Positions 49,830 through 63,221 are shown, counted from the first letter of the whole stretch. The stretch is 63,306 bases of DNA, filler included, from Nemertoderma westbladi (GCA_032718475.1; 3 parts of 3 records of this genome joined end to end with filler, not necessarily neighbours in it); one strand, 5' to 3'. Notes: generated by a model not told the origin, from the sequence alone. Numbers and translations: made by a program.

Positions 49830-50831
49830 TTTCCTGTAGGAAATGCCTTTCTAGTATTTGGAATGCATGCATGACCAGCTTTCCATCGGTACCAACAAAC
49901 AGCCAGAAGGTAGAAGAATAACTGCGGTGTAACTGGTGCAAGCAATAGCGCAGTGGACACTCAGTTTTTAAACTCCTGTAGCCAGTAGCAGTAAAACAAC
50001 TATATACACAATGACCCGTAATATAGTGTCATTTTCTGATGACACGGACCCCCCCCCCCCCCTCAACCTTTTCTACAAATCTTTATCATAATGCTTGTAA
50101 TTTGACACACAACTAGTTTCACTCACCGTCGAAGTCCACATGAAGTCTGGTCATTCCACGCCAAATCATCCAGAAATTTTCAATTTTGACACCATCATAG
50201 GTCTCAGATTTTTTTGAAACTTGCACCAAATATTAGCGAACATATATGCAAAATGCAAAAAAAATTAGCTCAAAATGTTTTACGGTTCAAAAGTTACAGC
50301 CCTCTAAAAATGGCGAGTCTGCGGTCAGCACTCGCGATCATTGCGCTTATCGCGAAGTGTGTTAAATCCACAAATATGAACATTTTGACAATTTTTGTAT
50401 GATTTATAAAGACCAATTAGATGTTTCTGGGGTAATTTGATGGTGCTGAGTTCAAAAATGGCATTAACACGTTAGCTGCGGCTCTGAAACCACTGGTTCT
50501 TTGTTACTGCGGATTGTGCACCGGTGAACAACCATGTGATGTTCCATGACTGCGGCAGGACTTGAGGCTTGGCGTTTAGTTAGTGCGGATTGTGCACCGG
50601 TGCTCAACAACGTACTTTTTGTTAATTACATTTTTGGGAAATGTCTTTGGGCACCGGTGCACAAATTCACTATTATTGTATTTATAAAACAATGGAGAAC
50701 CACCATAGAAAAAACCGCATCTCAATAGCTCCGTCCAGTCCAGAGATACTGTAGTGGTTTGAATTTCATCAAAATTTTATATATTTTTTATTTTACTCTT
50801 ATCTGCTTACAGGGTTAACAATTTTCAAAAC

Positions 50832-51797
50832 GGAAGCAGGACAATTCGGTCCCGGACAATTCGGTACCGGACAATTCGGTCCCATTAATTTTGTGTTTTG
50901 GGACCAAATTGTCCGGGACAGAATTGTCCGGGACCGAATTGTCCGGGACCGAATTGTCCGGATACTGACTCGGACAATTCGGTCCCAAAAATGGATATTA
51001 ATGGGACCGAATTGTCCGGGACCGAATTGTCCGGGACCGAATTGTCCAGGACCGAATTGTCCGGGACCAAATTTAATTGGTAATATATAATGGTGAATGT
51101 TCTAGAACCTTAATATATATTATTATATTTATGGAAGCTAGTGTTTTTTTACTAGCTAGTATTTTTTTAAAAATAAAAAAAATTTACTTTTTTTTGTTAA
51201 CATTATTATTTATGGTAGCTATGGTGCTTTTATGGAACTTGTGAATTATTTACTAGCTAGTAATAGTATGTATTTAAAATGTTAAAAACTGATTTTTTTT
51301 ATGTTGGGACTGTTATAATATCATCAATATTGTTGGTAATTAATATAATCAGCAACAGTTTAGGCCTAATTCTGAAATATCAATGTTTTCACAAGTGTTT
51401 CAATAATTTCAAGGAAATGCTAGCTAGTAAAAAAAAAACACTAGCTACACCTTAATAAATAATATATAATAATGTTTTCGAACACTTACCAATAACAAAA
51501 ATAGAAAAAAATACAGTATTTTTAAATTTCAAAAAATTCTAGCAAGTAAATAACACTAGCTACCATAACAAATATCTCTACTAATGTTCTAGAACATTCA
51601 CCAATATCAAAAAAGCACTAAAAAGTTGCTATCAGGAACCGGACAATTCGGTCCGGGACAATTCGGTCCCGGACAATTCGGTCCCATTTATTTAGTGTTT
51701 TGGGACCGAATTGTCCGGGACCGAATTGTCCGGGACCGAATTGTCCGGACCGGATTGTCCGGGACCGAATTGTACGGGAACGAATTGTCCTACTTCC
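50832..51797. mobile_element. Second copy of the foldback-type MITE, opposite orientation
   Basis: Exact 8-bp TSD TTCAAAAC at 50824-50831 and 51798-51805; interior is a near-identical reverse complement of 5987-7058. Confidence 0.92.
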
Positions 51798-52077
51798 TTC
51801 AAAACTGTACCAATAATTATCCCATCACATTAGTAATATAAAATAACATTGTTATTGTTACAGCACATTTGCTCAATATAAATTAATACATGAAAAGTTA
51901 ACAGTTGTTATTGCTTAACTAACAAAAACAATGAACTAAATTAAATAGGCCTAATAGTTAATGCTACAGTAGAACATTTTAAAAATCCCGCCATATTTAT
52001 ATAAGTGGAAATATTTGAGCACCGGCGCTCAATCCGCACTGGCACTTGTGTAGTGCGGATTGTGCACCGGTGCATTC

Positions 52078-53922
52078 GATCATTTGATCGAATTTGGCTA
52101 AATGTTGCTGGTCTTGATTTTTGGCGTGAATATAAACAACATTTGGTATGATCATGTAAAATTTGATGAGGGTAATCACACAAATTTTCAAATTATCGCA
52201 TTTTTCTGGTCATTTCACTTATCGCGATATGTGTTAAATTCACAAATATGATAATTTTCACAATTTACTGCTAAATATGGGACCATTTAGATGTTTCTCA
52301 GGTAATTTGGTGCTGCTGAGTTCAAAAATGATTTAAAGAACTACTCAAAACGAATGGAGAACGAATTTCCCGGTAGCTTTAGTTCAACTGAGGTTATTAG
52401 CCTTAAGCTCTGCCACGCCGTCAATATTCTACAGGAAGGCAGAGATTGGCATTTTGGTTGACCTTTTGCCGACCTTTGTCGGAAGCCACATAAACCAGGA
52501 AAATATTGGCTTTTTAATTGACCTTTGCCGGAAGCCACATAAACCGGGAAGATATTCAGAATAAGTAGATTTTATAGTAAAATTCAGTTTATATTAGAGA
52601 TCCAATTAACATTAATTTATTAGTAGAAATTGAATAAGTTCGACCTGTTCTGGTAACAAGAAGTTGTATATTTAGGAGGATATTGGTGCTTGGAACCCAA
52701 CATTTATCTACCTCATGGGAGGCCAGTAAAATGTTTGTGCCCCTGAAGAACCTGGTGGGTGCACAAAGCTAATCCAAAAATCTGAATGTTCATCAGAGCT
52801 CTCTAACACAAGTCCAATCCACCACCCATCATCGTACAGGCTGAATAGTCCATGGATGTTAACTTTATATTATGTTCCTCTACTTGCTTTAATCCGAAGC
52901 TGTGAGAAATTTATTATCAATGCTGGTCCGTTTTAGTTTAATTACAGTCGTTGACTCAGGAACAAACTGACGGTAAGACCGAGTCCCAGGAACTGATTTT
53001 GCACTATCGAATCGACTTTTTAAAAATGACCGACACTGATCAATGTCAATCTATAGCATATCTGAGTGATGTCACAGACCATGATACAATATTTGTATAC
53101 ACTGTATAGCAGAAACTTATTCAATATTTGAGGGATGAACAACCTCATATCAATATGATGGAGTACTTATCTGATGGCTGTGCTGGCCAGTATAAAAATT
53201 GTAAGAATTTTATTAATCTGTGCCATCATGAAACTGACTTTGAACTTAAAGCCCAGTGGGATTTTTTTGCAACATCTCATGGAAAATCTTCTGCAGATGA
53301 CATTGGTGTTGTTATTAAACGATCAGCATAACGGGCCTGTAAGTGAGCAGATAGTAAGTACAAATTCACTATATGAATTCTATACAAATAATCTAAAATC
53401 TATAAAAACAGAACTGATTACGGAAGGTGACATTGATCAGTGTCAGTCATTTTTAAAAAGTCCATTCAATAGTGCAAAAACAGTTCCTCGGACTCGGTCT
53501 TACCGTCAGTTTCTTCCTGAGTCAACGACTGTAATTAAACTAAAACGGACGAGCATTGATGAAGAAATTTCTCACAGCTTCGGATTAAAGCAAGTAGAGG
53601 AACATAATATAAAGTTAACATCCATGGACTAAATGCGTTCTCCATTCGTTTTGAGTAGTTCTTTAAATCATTTTTGAACTCAGCAGCACCAAATTACCTG
53701 AGAAACATCTAAATGGTCCCATATTTAGCAGTAAATTGTGAAAATTATCATATTTGTGAATTTAACACATATCGCGAAAATTGAAATGACCAGAAAAATG
53801 CGATAATTTGAACATTCGTATGATTACCCTCCTCATATTTTGCATGATTATACTATCACATGTTGTAAATATTCACACCAAAAATCAAGACTGGCAACAC
53901 TTGGCCACATCACCAAATGATC
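52078..53922. mobile_element. Rearranged DDD/E transposon remnant (Sola-like, superfamily uncertain) within long inverted repeats
   Basis: Plus strand YLSDGCAGQYKNCKNFINLCHHETDF..WDFFATSHGKSSADDIG..IKR (53128-53331); minus strand YDDGWWIGLV..FVHPPG..FYWP..DKCWVP (52640-52840); IR 52078-52368 / 53631-53922. Confidence 0.75.
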
Positions 53923-54501
53923 ATTTGAATTTTGCCAGTTATCGAACAATCGCAAAACTCAAATTTTTACATTTTTTCACCAATAGAGTACTTGGACTTC
54001 GTTTTGAGTAGTTATTAATGTCATTTTCGAACTCAGCACCATCAAATTACCCCAGAAACATCTAATTGGTCTTATAAATCACACAAAAATTGTCTAAATG
54101 TTCTAAAATACAATCTTTTGTACGTCACGTCTAATATATGAGTGGAGTGGAGACCATCGCCACTTCCACCAATCATATTTAGAACATTACCTACTATACA
54201 AATCCTATAACATTATAAAATTCGTGTGTTTATGCTTTATATAAGTTCGAGATTTAATATACTGTAGTTACTAAGAGGACTAATTAGTTATTTCAAATGA
54301 TTAACCATTATAGTAAGTATTTTGAATCTCGAACGTATAACGCATGAACACACGTGAAAAGAAAATAGTCATTTCAAATGTTTTCTTTTCATAGCGGTTG
54401 TATAACAATATACCGTCCTGTAATATTTAATTTGTTTTTAATTTTAATTTTTAATTTGTTTTAATTTGTACAGCTCCAAACTAATACTATTATTTATTTA
54501 C

Positions 54502-55845
54502 CTCCAGATAGTTTCTCTCGACTACGGTCAACCCGGACGCCTGGAACCGCTCCTCCGTCACGCCAACCACCACCTTAGTCTCGTCCCCGATCGCGTCCTT
54601 CGAGCAGCACGCGAGGAAATGACGACAGACCAGTTCGTAGACCCGCCCCTCGTCCCCGGCCAACCCGGAGACGAACTTAGTGGGATGGATCGGTGGATGG
54701 GCGTTGTCGGTTTTACGTCCGTTCCGCGGTGTCGGTCCCTCGTCTGCGACGCGTCTCGCGAACGCGCCCCACTCCGCACTCTCGGTCTGCAACTCGACCA
54801 GCCGCCGCAGATCCAACTCCTTGGGGAACCCGTTGGTCTCAGTTCGCGGGTAACTAATCCGCCCGTTCGTGTACAACTTCTCCGCGATCTTCATAGCGGC
54901 TTTCGCGTTTATCCGAAGTTTTGAAGATGCGAGTTTCTCGAAGGTTACGGTATCCATAGCTACGGGTCGCCACTTCGATTTGGTGCGTCGCGTAACTTGC
55001 AGCACCGTCGCTTCGGGGTCTTCGCGACACATATCGAGTATAGCGAGCGTCGCAGGACGCGAGAACAGTCGCCCTCGCTCCCAAGCGAACTCGCAGACGC
55101 CCTGAGGGGCGTCGTGTCGCACGCGGAGCTTCCAGAAGGGCTCCGAGACGAACTTATCTATCTCGCGGAACCGTTCGACGACGAACCCCAAAGTCGGGAA
55201 CTGGCAGCTGCCGTAGCTGACCACCTGGTTGCCTAGCACCGCCGGGAACACCTTCTGGAGTCGGAGGGTCTGGAACCGCGTGAAAGCTGCCCCGATCCGA
55301 AGGTCCAACTCCTGTCGGCAGTCAACCGCGTCCGACTGGCGTCTATCCGGTTCGGATAACGTCCGACACGCCCTCTCTATAGACGTCGGGGTTATTTCCG
55401 AAAAATGCGCCCGTTTAACCGAAAGGTTGGGTTTAACTCGCCGACAGACTTCGATTACTTCGAACCCAATATTCTCGCCCTCTCGATCGCAATCCGTCCA
55501 GATAATTAGCAGATCCGCCGCGGCGACTTCCCGTCTCAGGGTCCGCTCGATCTTCGGCCCCGTTCCGTTGTTCTCCAACGTGTACTTCTCGAGGGGAGCC
55601 GAGAATAATGTCAGCGGTGACACCGATGTCCACTTGCGGTATAAACCGGTAAACTCCAGGCCCAGTAAATGGCCCGATAATGACGTCATCACTATCCGAC
55701 AACGCTGACCCCCCAACTGGTAGTCGAACTCGTAGATTTTATTGTAGGGCGAGAAGCCCTCCCGACGATGACTCGTTCCCCGACTCATTATCTGCGAGAT
55801 CGATTTAGCGGCGTCGTTTTTCTCGGCGACACAAAGTACCTTCAT
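54502..55845 (-). CDS. TOP3A: DNA topoisomerase III alpha, first coding exon (448 codons); remainder not in this contig
   Basis: MKVLCVAEKNDAAK, SGHL, IIWTDCDREGENIGFE, RQELDLRIGAAFTRFQT, SYGSCQFPTLGFVVER, catalytic ISYPRTET, AHPPIHP; ERNYLE|gtaaat donor at 54501. Confidence 0.97.
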
Positions 55846-55849
55846 TGTG

Positions 55850-56960
55850 AATTAACTGCCGACCGCGCGACAGACTGACAGACGACACACCGGTACAAGC
55901 AGACAACTAGTAGACAAGTACTGCAGTTTTCTAAACCATAATCAGATAGACCCTAATCTGCTAATACAGTAATACAGTAATAACTGAATAAACAGATAAA
56001 CTTAGTAGGGGTTAACAAATAGGCCTAGGCCTATACTATTAATACTGTAATACTGTAATATAGGGCCTATCAGCCTATAGTAAATTAAACATTAAACCAG
56101 TTAAAATTGTATTTAAAATTACTACCGGTACCGGTATTAAAATTACTAGGCCTATTAAATTTTATAAATTAAACCAATTGACAGATTGAGGCGGTGAGGG
56201 AAAGGAGCCGGTTACAGAGGCAGGCTTTTCTAACCAAAACAATAAACCAGTAAACGGCCACTTTACCACTGTACCAATTGAGGGAAACAGGGAAAGGAGC
56301 GGTTGAGGTTAGGCCTACTGCCTACAGACTGACAGAAGCGGGTTTTTCTAACCAAAACAATAAACGATCACTTTCTGACTTTACCAATTGCGGGAAACCA
56401 CAACCATACTGCCATATGGTCTGGTCCTGGTCCCTGGACAGTGGTCAGACAGTCTGATTGTCAGTAGAAAAAAGTTTAGGCCTACAGGCAGAAAGGCCTA
56501 TGAAAAAAAATAGTAAAACGTGTTTCATAAAATAAGCGGTAGGCCTACCGGCAGACCGCAGACCGGTATATATAAAAATAAAAGTGTTTCAATGTCAGAA
56601 GGGACGTTCCCCAAAGCTGCGAAGTAACAATGCAGCAATGACAATACTGAATACCCCACAGCCTGACAGCCAGACAGCCCCAGCCAGCCAGCAGCCCAGC
56701 CTGCCAGCAGCCAGCACCCAGCGTGACATAGCTACCGCTACACTGTACACTGCCGCCTGTCGGCAGTGCTACAATCTGACAATCCCTGAGTGCTACAATC
56801 AACAGCAGTACTCTGGTTATACTGCTGTATTGCAGTACATACTGCAGTACACAGTACAGCAGTACTGACATACCGGTACCACTTATAACATATAACTGCA
56901 TATTGGCATAATGCAGTAGGCCTAATGCTGTAATGACAGAATGACTGACAGACTGACTGC
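55850..56960. promoter_or_regulatory. TOP3A upstream promoter-like island, includes a disrupted 68-bp satellite copy (56190-56397)
   Basis: Dense TACAGTA/TACTGTA/TAGGCCTA/TACCGGTA words directly 5' of the TOP3A ATG. Confidence 0.55.
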
Positions 56961-57204
56961 CTGCTAATAGGGCAACACATTGCATAAACAAAATTTGAAT
57001 TTACCACCTAAAATGCGGTGGCTGATTTGGACCAATTATTTTTCATTATTCCGTTTACAATAATTAATTTACTTTAATTACTTCTCTACTTTAATTAATT
57101 ATTTCGTATAGTTCATTCCAAAAATTGTGAAGCAAATTTGAATTTATTTATGTTTAAATTGAAATAAACGAATTTCTTTGGGTGAAAACGTAAAACGGAC
57201 ATAA

Positions 57205-58040
57205 GTTTGCGGACAGGTTTACGGGCAGTATTGCCGAAAGGTTTACAGACAGGTTTGACGACAGGTTTATGGACAGCGGGACAGGTTTACTTTGCGGACA
57301 GGTTTGCGGGAAGATTTGCGGACAGGTTTACGGACAGGTTTACGCTCAGGTTTACGGACAGGTTTACGGACAGATTTACAGACAGGTTTATGGACAGGTT
57401 TGTGGACTGGTTTACGGACAGGTTTGCGGACAGGTTAACGGTCAGGTTTACGGACAGGTTTGCTTTCCGGACAGGTTTATAGTCAGGTTTACAGACAGGT
57501 TTGCTTTTCGGACAGATTTATGGTCACGTTTACGGACAGGTTCACGGACAGGTTCACGGACAGGTTTGCGGACAGGTTATCGGTAAGGTTTACGGAGACA
57601 GGAGCATTGTTTTTTTAAAGAAAGATACGCCCCCGTGCGGGGCAAATATAGTAGCTCATTTGTCAGGGTAGAATCAACAGTGAATAATTTTTATATGGAA
57701 TATTTTACATACAGTGCACAAATTATACGAGTATAATACAGGAAATAGTATCTATCAGTTTGTGGTACAGTAATCTAAGAGTCTCAATTAATTTAATATA
57801 TAACATATCATTAAAAGCACAAATAATAAAAACAGTTTATTCTCAACCAACATAATATAAAATAATATAAAATATATATTTTATTATATAAAAATTTTCA
57901 GTAAAATTGAGAGTGGGATAGATTATGAAAAATATGACGGACAGGTTTACGGATTGGTTTGCGGAAAGGTTATCGGTCAGGTTTACGGACAGGTTTACCG
58001 ATAGGTTTGCGGACAGGTTTTCTTTGCGGACAGGTTTACA
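57205..58040. repeat. Two blocks of 12-bp repeat (57205-57597, 57938-58040)
   Basis: GGTTT(A/G)CGGACA; inverted copies at 63163-63185. Confidence 0.92.
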
Positions 58041-58120
58041 TCTTTACATTTTGATACAACCAAAAATTCCAGCAACCATAATAAACAATATAGCTATGCG
58101 CCATATATTGTTATATACAT

Positions 58121-59058
58121 GCCTTTACCCAGCCCCTGCCCCTCCAAGTTAGTGAGTTTCGGGTGGCGCCTTTCCCCATCCCCTGTCCCTCCCAGTCAGT
58201 AAGTTTCGGTTGGCGACTTTCCCCATCCCCTGCCCCTCCCAGTTGGTGAGTTTCGGTTGGCGCCTTTACCCAGCACCTGCCCCTCCAAGTTAGTGAGTTT
58301 CGGTTGGCGCCTTTCCCCATCCCCTGTCCCTCCCAGTCAGTAAGTTTCGGTTGGCGCCTTTCCCCATCCCCAGCCCCTCCCAGTTGGTGAGTTTCGGTTG
58401 GCGCCTTTTCCCATCCCCTGTCCCTCCCAGTCAGTGAGTTTCGGTTGGCGCCTTTCCCCATCCCCTGCCCCTCCCAGTTAGTGAGTTTCGGTTGGCGCCT
58501 CTCCCCATCCCCTGCCCCTCCCAGTTAGTGAGTTTCGGTTGGCGCCTTTCCCTCATCCCCTGTCCCTCCCAGTTAGTGAGTTTCGGTTAGCGCCTTTCCC
58601 CATCCCATGCCCCTCCCTGTCAGTGAGTTTCGGTTGGCGCCTTTCCCCATCCCCTTCCACTCCCAGTTAGTGAGTTTCGATTGGCGCCTTTACCCATCCC
58701 CTGTCCCTCCCAGTCAGTGAGTTTCGGTTGGCGCCTTTCCCCATCCCCTGCCCCTCCCAGTTAGTGAGTTTCGGTTGGCGCCTTTCCCCATCCCCTGTCC
58801 CTCCCAGTCAGTGAGTTTCGGTTGGCGCCTTTCCCTATCCCCTGCCCCTCCCAGTGAGTGAGTTTCGGTTGGCGCCTTTCCCCATCCCCTGCCCCTCTCA
58901 GTCAGTGAGTTTCTGTTGGCGCCTTTCCCCATCCCCTGCCCCTCCCAGTCAGTGAGTTTTGGTTGGCGCTTTTCCCCATCCCCTGCCCCTCCAAGTTAGT
59001 GAGTTTCGGTTGGCGCTTTTTCCCATCCCCTGCCCCTCCCAGTCAGTGAGTTTCGGTT
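58121..59058. repeat. 47-bp minisatellite, about 20 copies, G-quadruplex motif in most units
   Basis: GCCTTTCCCCATCCCCTGCCCCTCCCAGTTAGTGAGTTTCGGTTGGC; minus strand GGGAGGGGCAGGGGATGGGG. Confidence 0.96.
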
Positions 59059-59179
59059 GACACATCAACCAAACTAGTACGTTGGGGGCGAGCCACAAAG
59101 CAAATGTTATATCCTAAGACTACTGGTGTAGCAAAGTAACACGCGGTAAGGAGCAGTGGGCTGGGTATAGCCTATGCAT

Positions 59180-59910
59180 CAAGTAGTAAATACTAAAAAA
59201 TATACATTATGGAAAACCTGAACATTCTGTTTTCCATTTCGGGGTCGAATTACATTACTACGCACTCAGTTATAAAATCTAAATCTTTACGAAAAAATAT
59301 AAAATAAATGCACCCATATCGAGCAATGAAAATTGAAAAACAATAAGGTGAAGTATTATTTGGTGAAAAATCCTAGCTTTACGTGACGGTAATAATGCTT
59401 CATCCAACTGGTAATGTAAGTTATGTTTCAAGTATGGGAATTCTGAAAAAATTTAAACATTCTATTTTATATTTCTGGGTCGAATTTTATTACTGTACTA
59501 AATTCTAAAATCTAAATTATTACGAAAAAATATAAACTGCACCAATATTAAGGGAGGTAAATTGAAACAAAACTGTAAAGTACTATATGTTGGGAATCTT
59601 AACTTTATGTGATGGTAATAAGGCTTTATATGATAGTATTGTTTTAGTGTAAGTTTAGTTTAAAGTGTGGGAATAATTTTGTTTAATGTGGGGTTGGTAG
59701 ATGTGTATGTATGTATACTGGATCACTATGGATGTGTTCTACGTCTGTTGTGTTGTCTTGTTGTTATTTTATGTGACGGTAATAATGCTTTTTATGATAG
59801 TAGTGTTGTAGTGTAAGTTTAGTTTAAAGTGTGAGAATAAATTTGTTTAATGTGGGGTTGGTAGATGTGTATGTATACTGTTTCACTATGGATGCGTTCT
59901 ACGTCTGTTT
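59180..59910. repeat. Degenerate local tandem duplications
   Basis: 59215-59430 resembles 59450-59670; 59605-59750 resembles 59768-59910. Confidence 0.7.
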
Positions 59911-62900
59911 TAAATTGTCAGAAAGAGACTACACGCAGAAGTGAGAGGTCGCATTGACAAAAACGTCCCACTAAGAGATATTTACAACAGTAACTTGTAA
60001 TGTTGGATTACGTCTGTATGAGTTTATTGTTGACCTATTTCCATTCATTCGTTCACCTAAAGTTTGTTCAGTTTGACTTATGTAAAAAAATTCGTTGCGG
60101 TGAATGTAACATGATATTATGTATAATATGTTTTTAGAGCGCCAAATGGACCTGTAATCTTCTCTCCCCAGGGTGTAACACTGGGATTAAAAATCCATTG
60201 GATATCTATCCAATGGCAATATTAAATATCCATGGCATTATTGTGCGCTTGTTCACCGTGACCAACAGCGGTGAAATCAAACTTATTGGGCTTTCTCCAG
60301 GTCCTTCCAGGTTCGGTTCCTACAGGTATGGGTTTTGGGTGTAGTCGATTTCCTGGTACTCCGGGTTGCCTATAGGTTTCAAGGGAAGACCAGGACTCCA
60401 TATGGGTCCATGGGAAGTCATATTGACGTTGGTACTGTAGTCTGTTATTTTGACAATCCTTCGAGCAGCACAATATTTTCGATTGAATCGATTGGAGCCC
60501 TTTTCACCAAAAAGGCTCCAAAAGAACAGATTTGAACAAAAATGCTAAGTCGTTGTTTTATATGTTATAATTTTATCTATGATGAACAATTCCGTTAAAT
60601 TTCTATCATTTTTGATAATGTTATTGTCGAACAAAGAAAGTTGGTGTTATCTAAAATAACTATGAAAAGTTTGGATTTTTCTTTAAACTTTTAAATCCAT
60701 TAATCTCAGAATGTATTATATCCACGAAAAAGTCGAACAATTCTTAATTAAATAGTTGAAATTTGGATAGAGATTCAAAATATGCTTGTCTCTAAGACTA
60801 GCGAAAGTAATTTTGGCTAAAAATGATTTGGGCCATTTTCTACCGAAAAACGGCACTTGTTCGGCCTTTTCGTCTATAAAATCAAAATGGCCCCCGCTAA
60901 ATTTCAACCAAAATTGCTCAATAACATTGGATGCAACCATAAATTGTTCCGAATCACCAAAATTGAAGCCATAAAATAAAAATTGTTCAAGAAATAGTCC
61001 TTTTTGGAAAAAAAAAAAAGGGCTCTTTTAAGGCCGCTAAAGTGCCAATTAGGGCCGCTAAGGGTCTTTTAAAAAAAATTGTATTGACCATTCCTTAACT
61101 CCTTATACGATGTTTGGTAGCACTAGATTCAATTTCCACTCAATTTAGGCTGCGGAATCATCACAATGAAAATGTCCTCCGGTGGAACGCGGTGTAGATA
61201 ATTTGGATGATCAAGGTACAAAATATCCGGCTTATCTGCTGGTGCAAATAAGTACACGTTTCGCAGCAGCTTGGTCTAGTAGCGACATTCCAGGGCTTCC
61301 AATCCGGAAGCCCAGGTATCCTCAGGGAACCAAGGCGACTTAGGAAACATAGTGTAAGGGTTTACTGTGGAAGATCAGTAAGATCACCCATGGTGATAAA
61401 CAGAAATTCCTTGGCCTACAGTAGCGTGCCTAAAAGATTCTCATTCATAAGTACAATTTTCTAGTGTAATGTTTTTTGCCTGAGCCGATAGTCAATGCCG
61501 TTGGCATGGTCTCCCCTGTAAAGTTATAGAATAAGTTATGTTTTGAAATTATTATGTTGTCGAGTTCAACAGGATTGAAACGCTTTAAAATTCCAGAAGA
61601 AGCCAAGTTCCTTTTTATTACTGTGGTCGAAATTTCTGATTCCTTATCCACGAACAAGGTTTCTTTGGATCTCTTTGTGTTGAAAGCCTTTCCAAAATAG
61701 GACAGTAGGAGTAGCCAAATCCAATAAGTGGCCACATCTTAAAAGTTAGGCAGTACAATGACGTCCAGCTCTATTTTAGCTTTATTTAGCATAAATACGA
61801 CATGCCTACGACAATGCCCAGGGGCCGCATTCTTAGTTGTCACTAGCCACAGGTATTGCAGTGAGTCACAATAGACAACACAAACTTTGCACTAAAATTG
61901 GATTAAATTTAGTGGTATCTCTAGTTTGACTTCCTGTGCCTAGTGAGCCACATTCGGCCACATGGAATAAATATAAATTCGAATTTGTGGGGCGAGCCAC
62001 GCATTAAAGGAGAGCGTTAGCGCGCTATTATAATTACAGTAGTAAATAAGGCAAAATTTCATGTTCGTCTGAATGTCTGTCCGTATGTAATGAAAAATTA
62101 ATTCGTAAATAACTTTTCAAGATTTTAACCATTTTTAACCAAATTTTGTATGGGCATAATAGAGAAAAGTTCCAATATTTTTGAAAGTTACGCGTAAATA
62201 CCTGTCGAACTATTGACTCAAAATCTAACGACTCTAATCTATCTACGACTCTATTATAATCTAATGACTCAAATTTAACTTGTTTCAAACTTGTTCGCGT
62301 GCTGCGCGACGCCCCACGAACGTGTTTCATTTCAAACAGAAACAAATACGAATTTGTTTCATTTCAACTATATAAGCAAATTAAATTGGAGGTAAACGTA
62401 AAACAAACAGAAGTTTACGGACTGTTTGTGGACATAGACATGTGTTTTATGTATAAAATAAATAATTAATAATATAAGTTGATCAGGGATTTGGCATAGT
62501 GGGCGGGATTAAAATGTGAAGTTCCATGGCGTGTCTCTCCAGCCCGTGGCTGTCCATCCTACAGTAGCAAACCTGCCATGATGCATTCATTATTATATTT
62601 TACATTTTAAACCCACCCCCAAGCACAAAAGCACAACAGCAAAAGTACAAAAGTTCTGATCAACTTTAACAAATTTAAAGCCTATTTATTTATCTATGTT
62701 CTAGAATTTATGTGGGGCGAGCCACGACGAGCGAGCCTTAGCGTATGGTTACCAATAATCAACTTGTCGGTCTGGAGTTCCAAATTTTTGAAGGCTAATA
62801 ACTCAGTCAATCTAAATTAAAATTAAATTAAAATTAATTCAAATTAAACCAAACTTGGGACACATGTTCAGAAAATTTTCATTCAAATTTAGGAAAAATC

Positions 62901-63221
62901 TGAAGTTTGGTCGAAAATTACACAGTCTATCTGTCAGTATCGATAGTTACATAATTTTGTTAAGACTATTTAACATGAAACTAACATGGTATTGTGGTTT
63001 TTAACAAGAATTTCTAGAGCATAATGATTTATGGTTCTTGTTAGTGTTTAAAAGAAAAAGCACGACTTCTGAAAGTGATACTTTATTGTGGCTGAACGAA
63101 TTGGGCCCTGGTTACCGATCAAATAAACCGATTCAGCGGAACAACTGCGTAAAGTTCTCCTCAAACCTGTCCGTAAACCTGTCCAAAAAGCAATATATGT
63201 ATGTATGTGTATAATATGTGT

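Noticed and set aside
46926-54500. Downstream TOP3A exons
   Set aside because: No VYPY..W or GIGTDAT-type sequence found by eye on the minus strand; probably beyond the contig end
54466-55708. Plus-strand ORFs overlapping TOP3A
   Set aside because: Antisense shadows of a GC-rich exon
61445-61520. Sulfotransferase or P-loop-like PTALTIGSGKK
   Set aside because: No supporting downstream motifs
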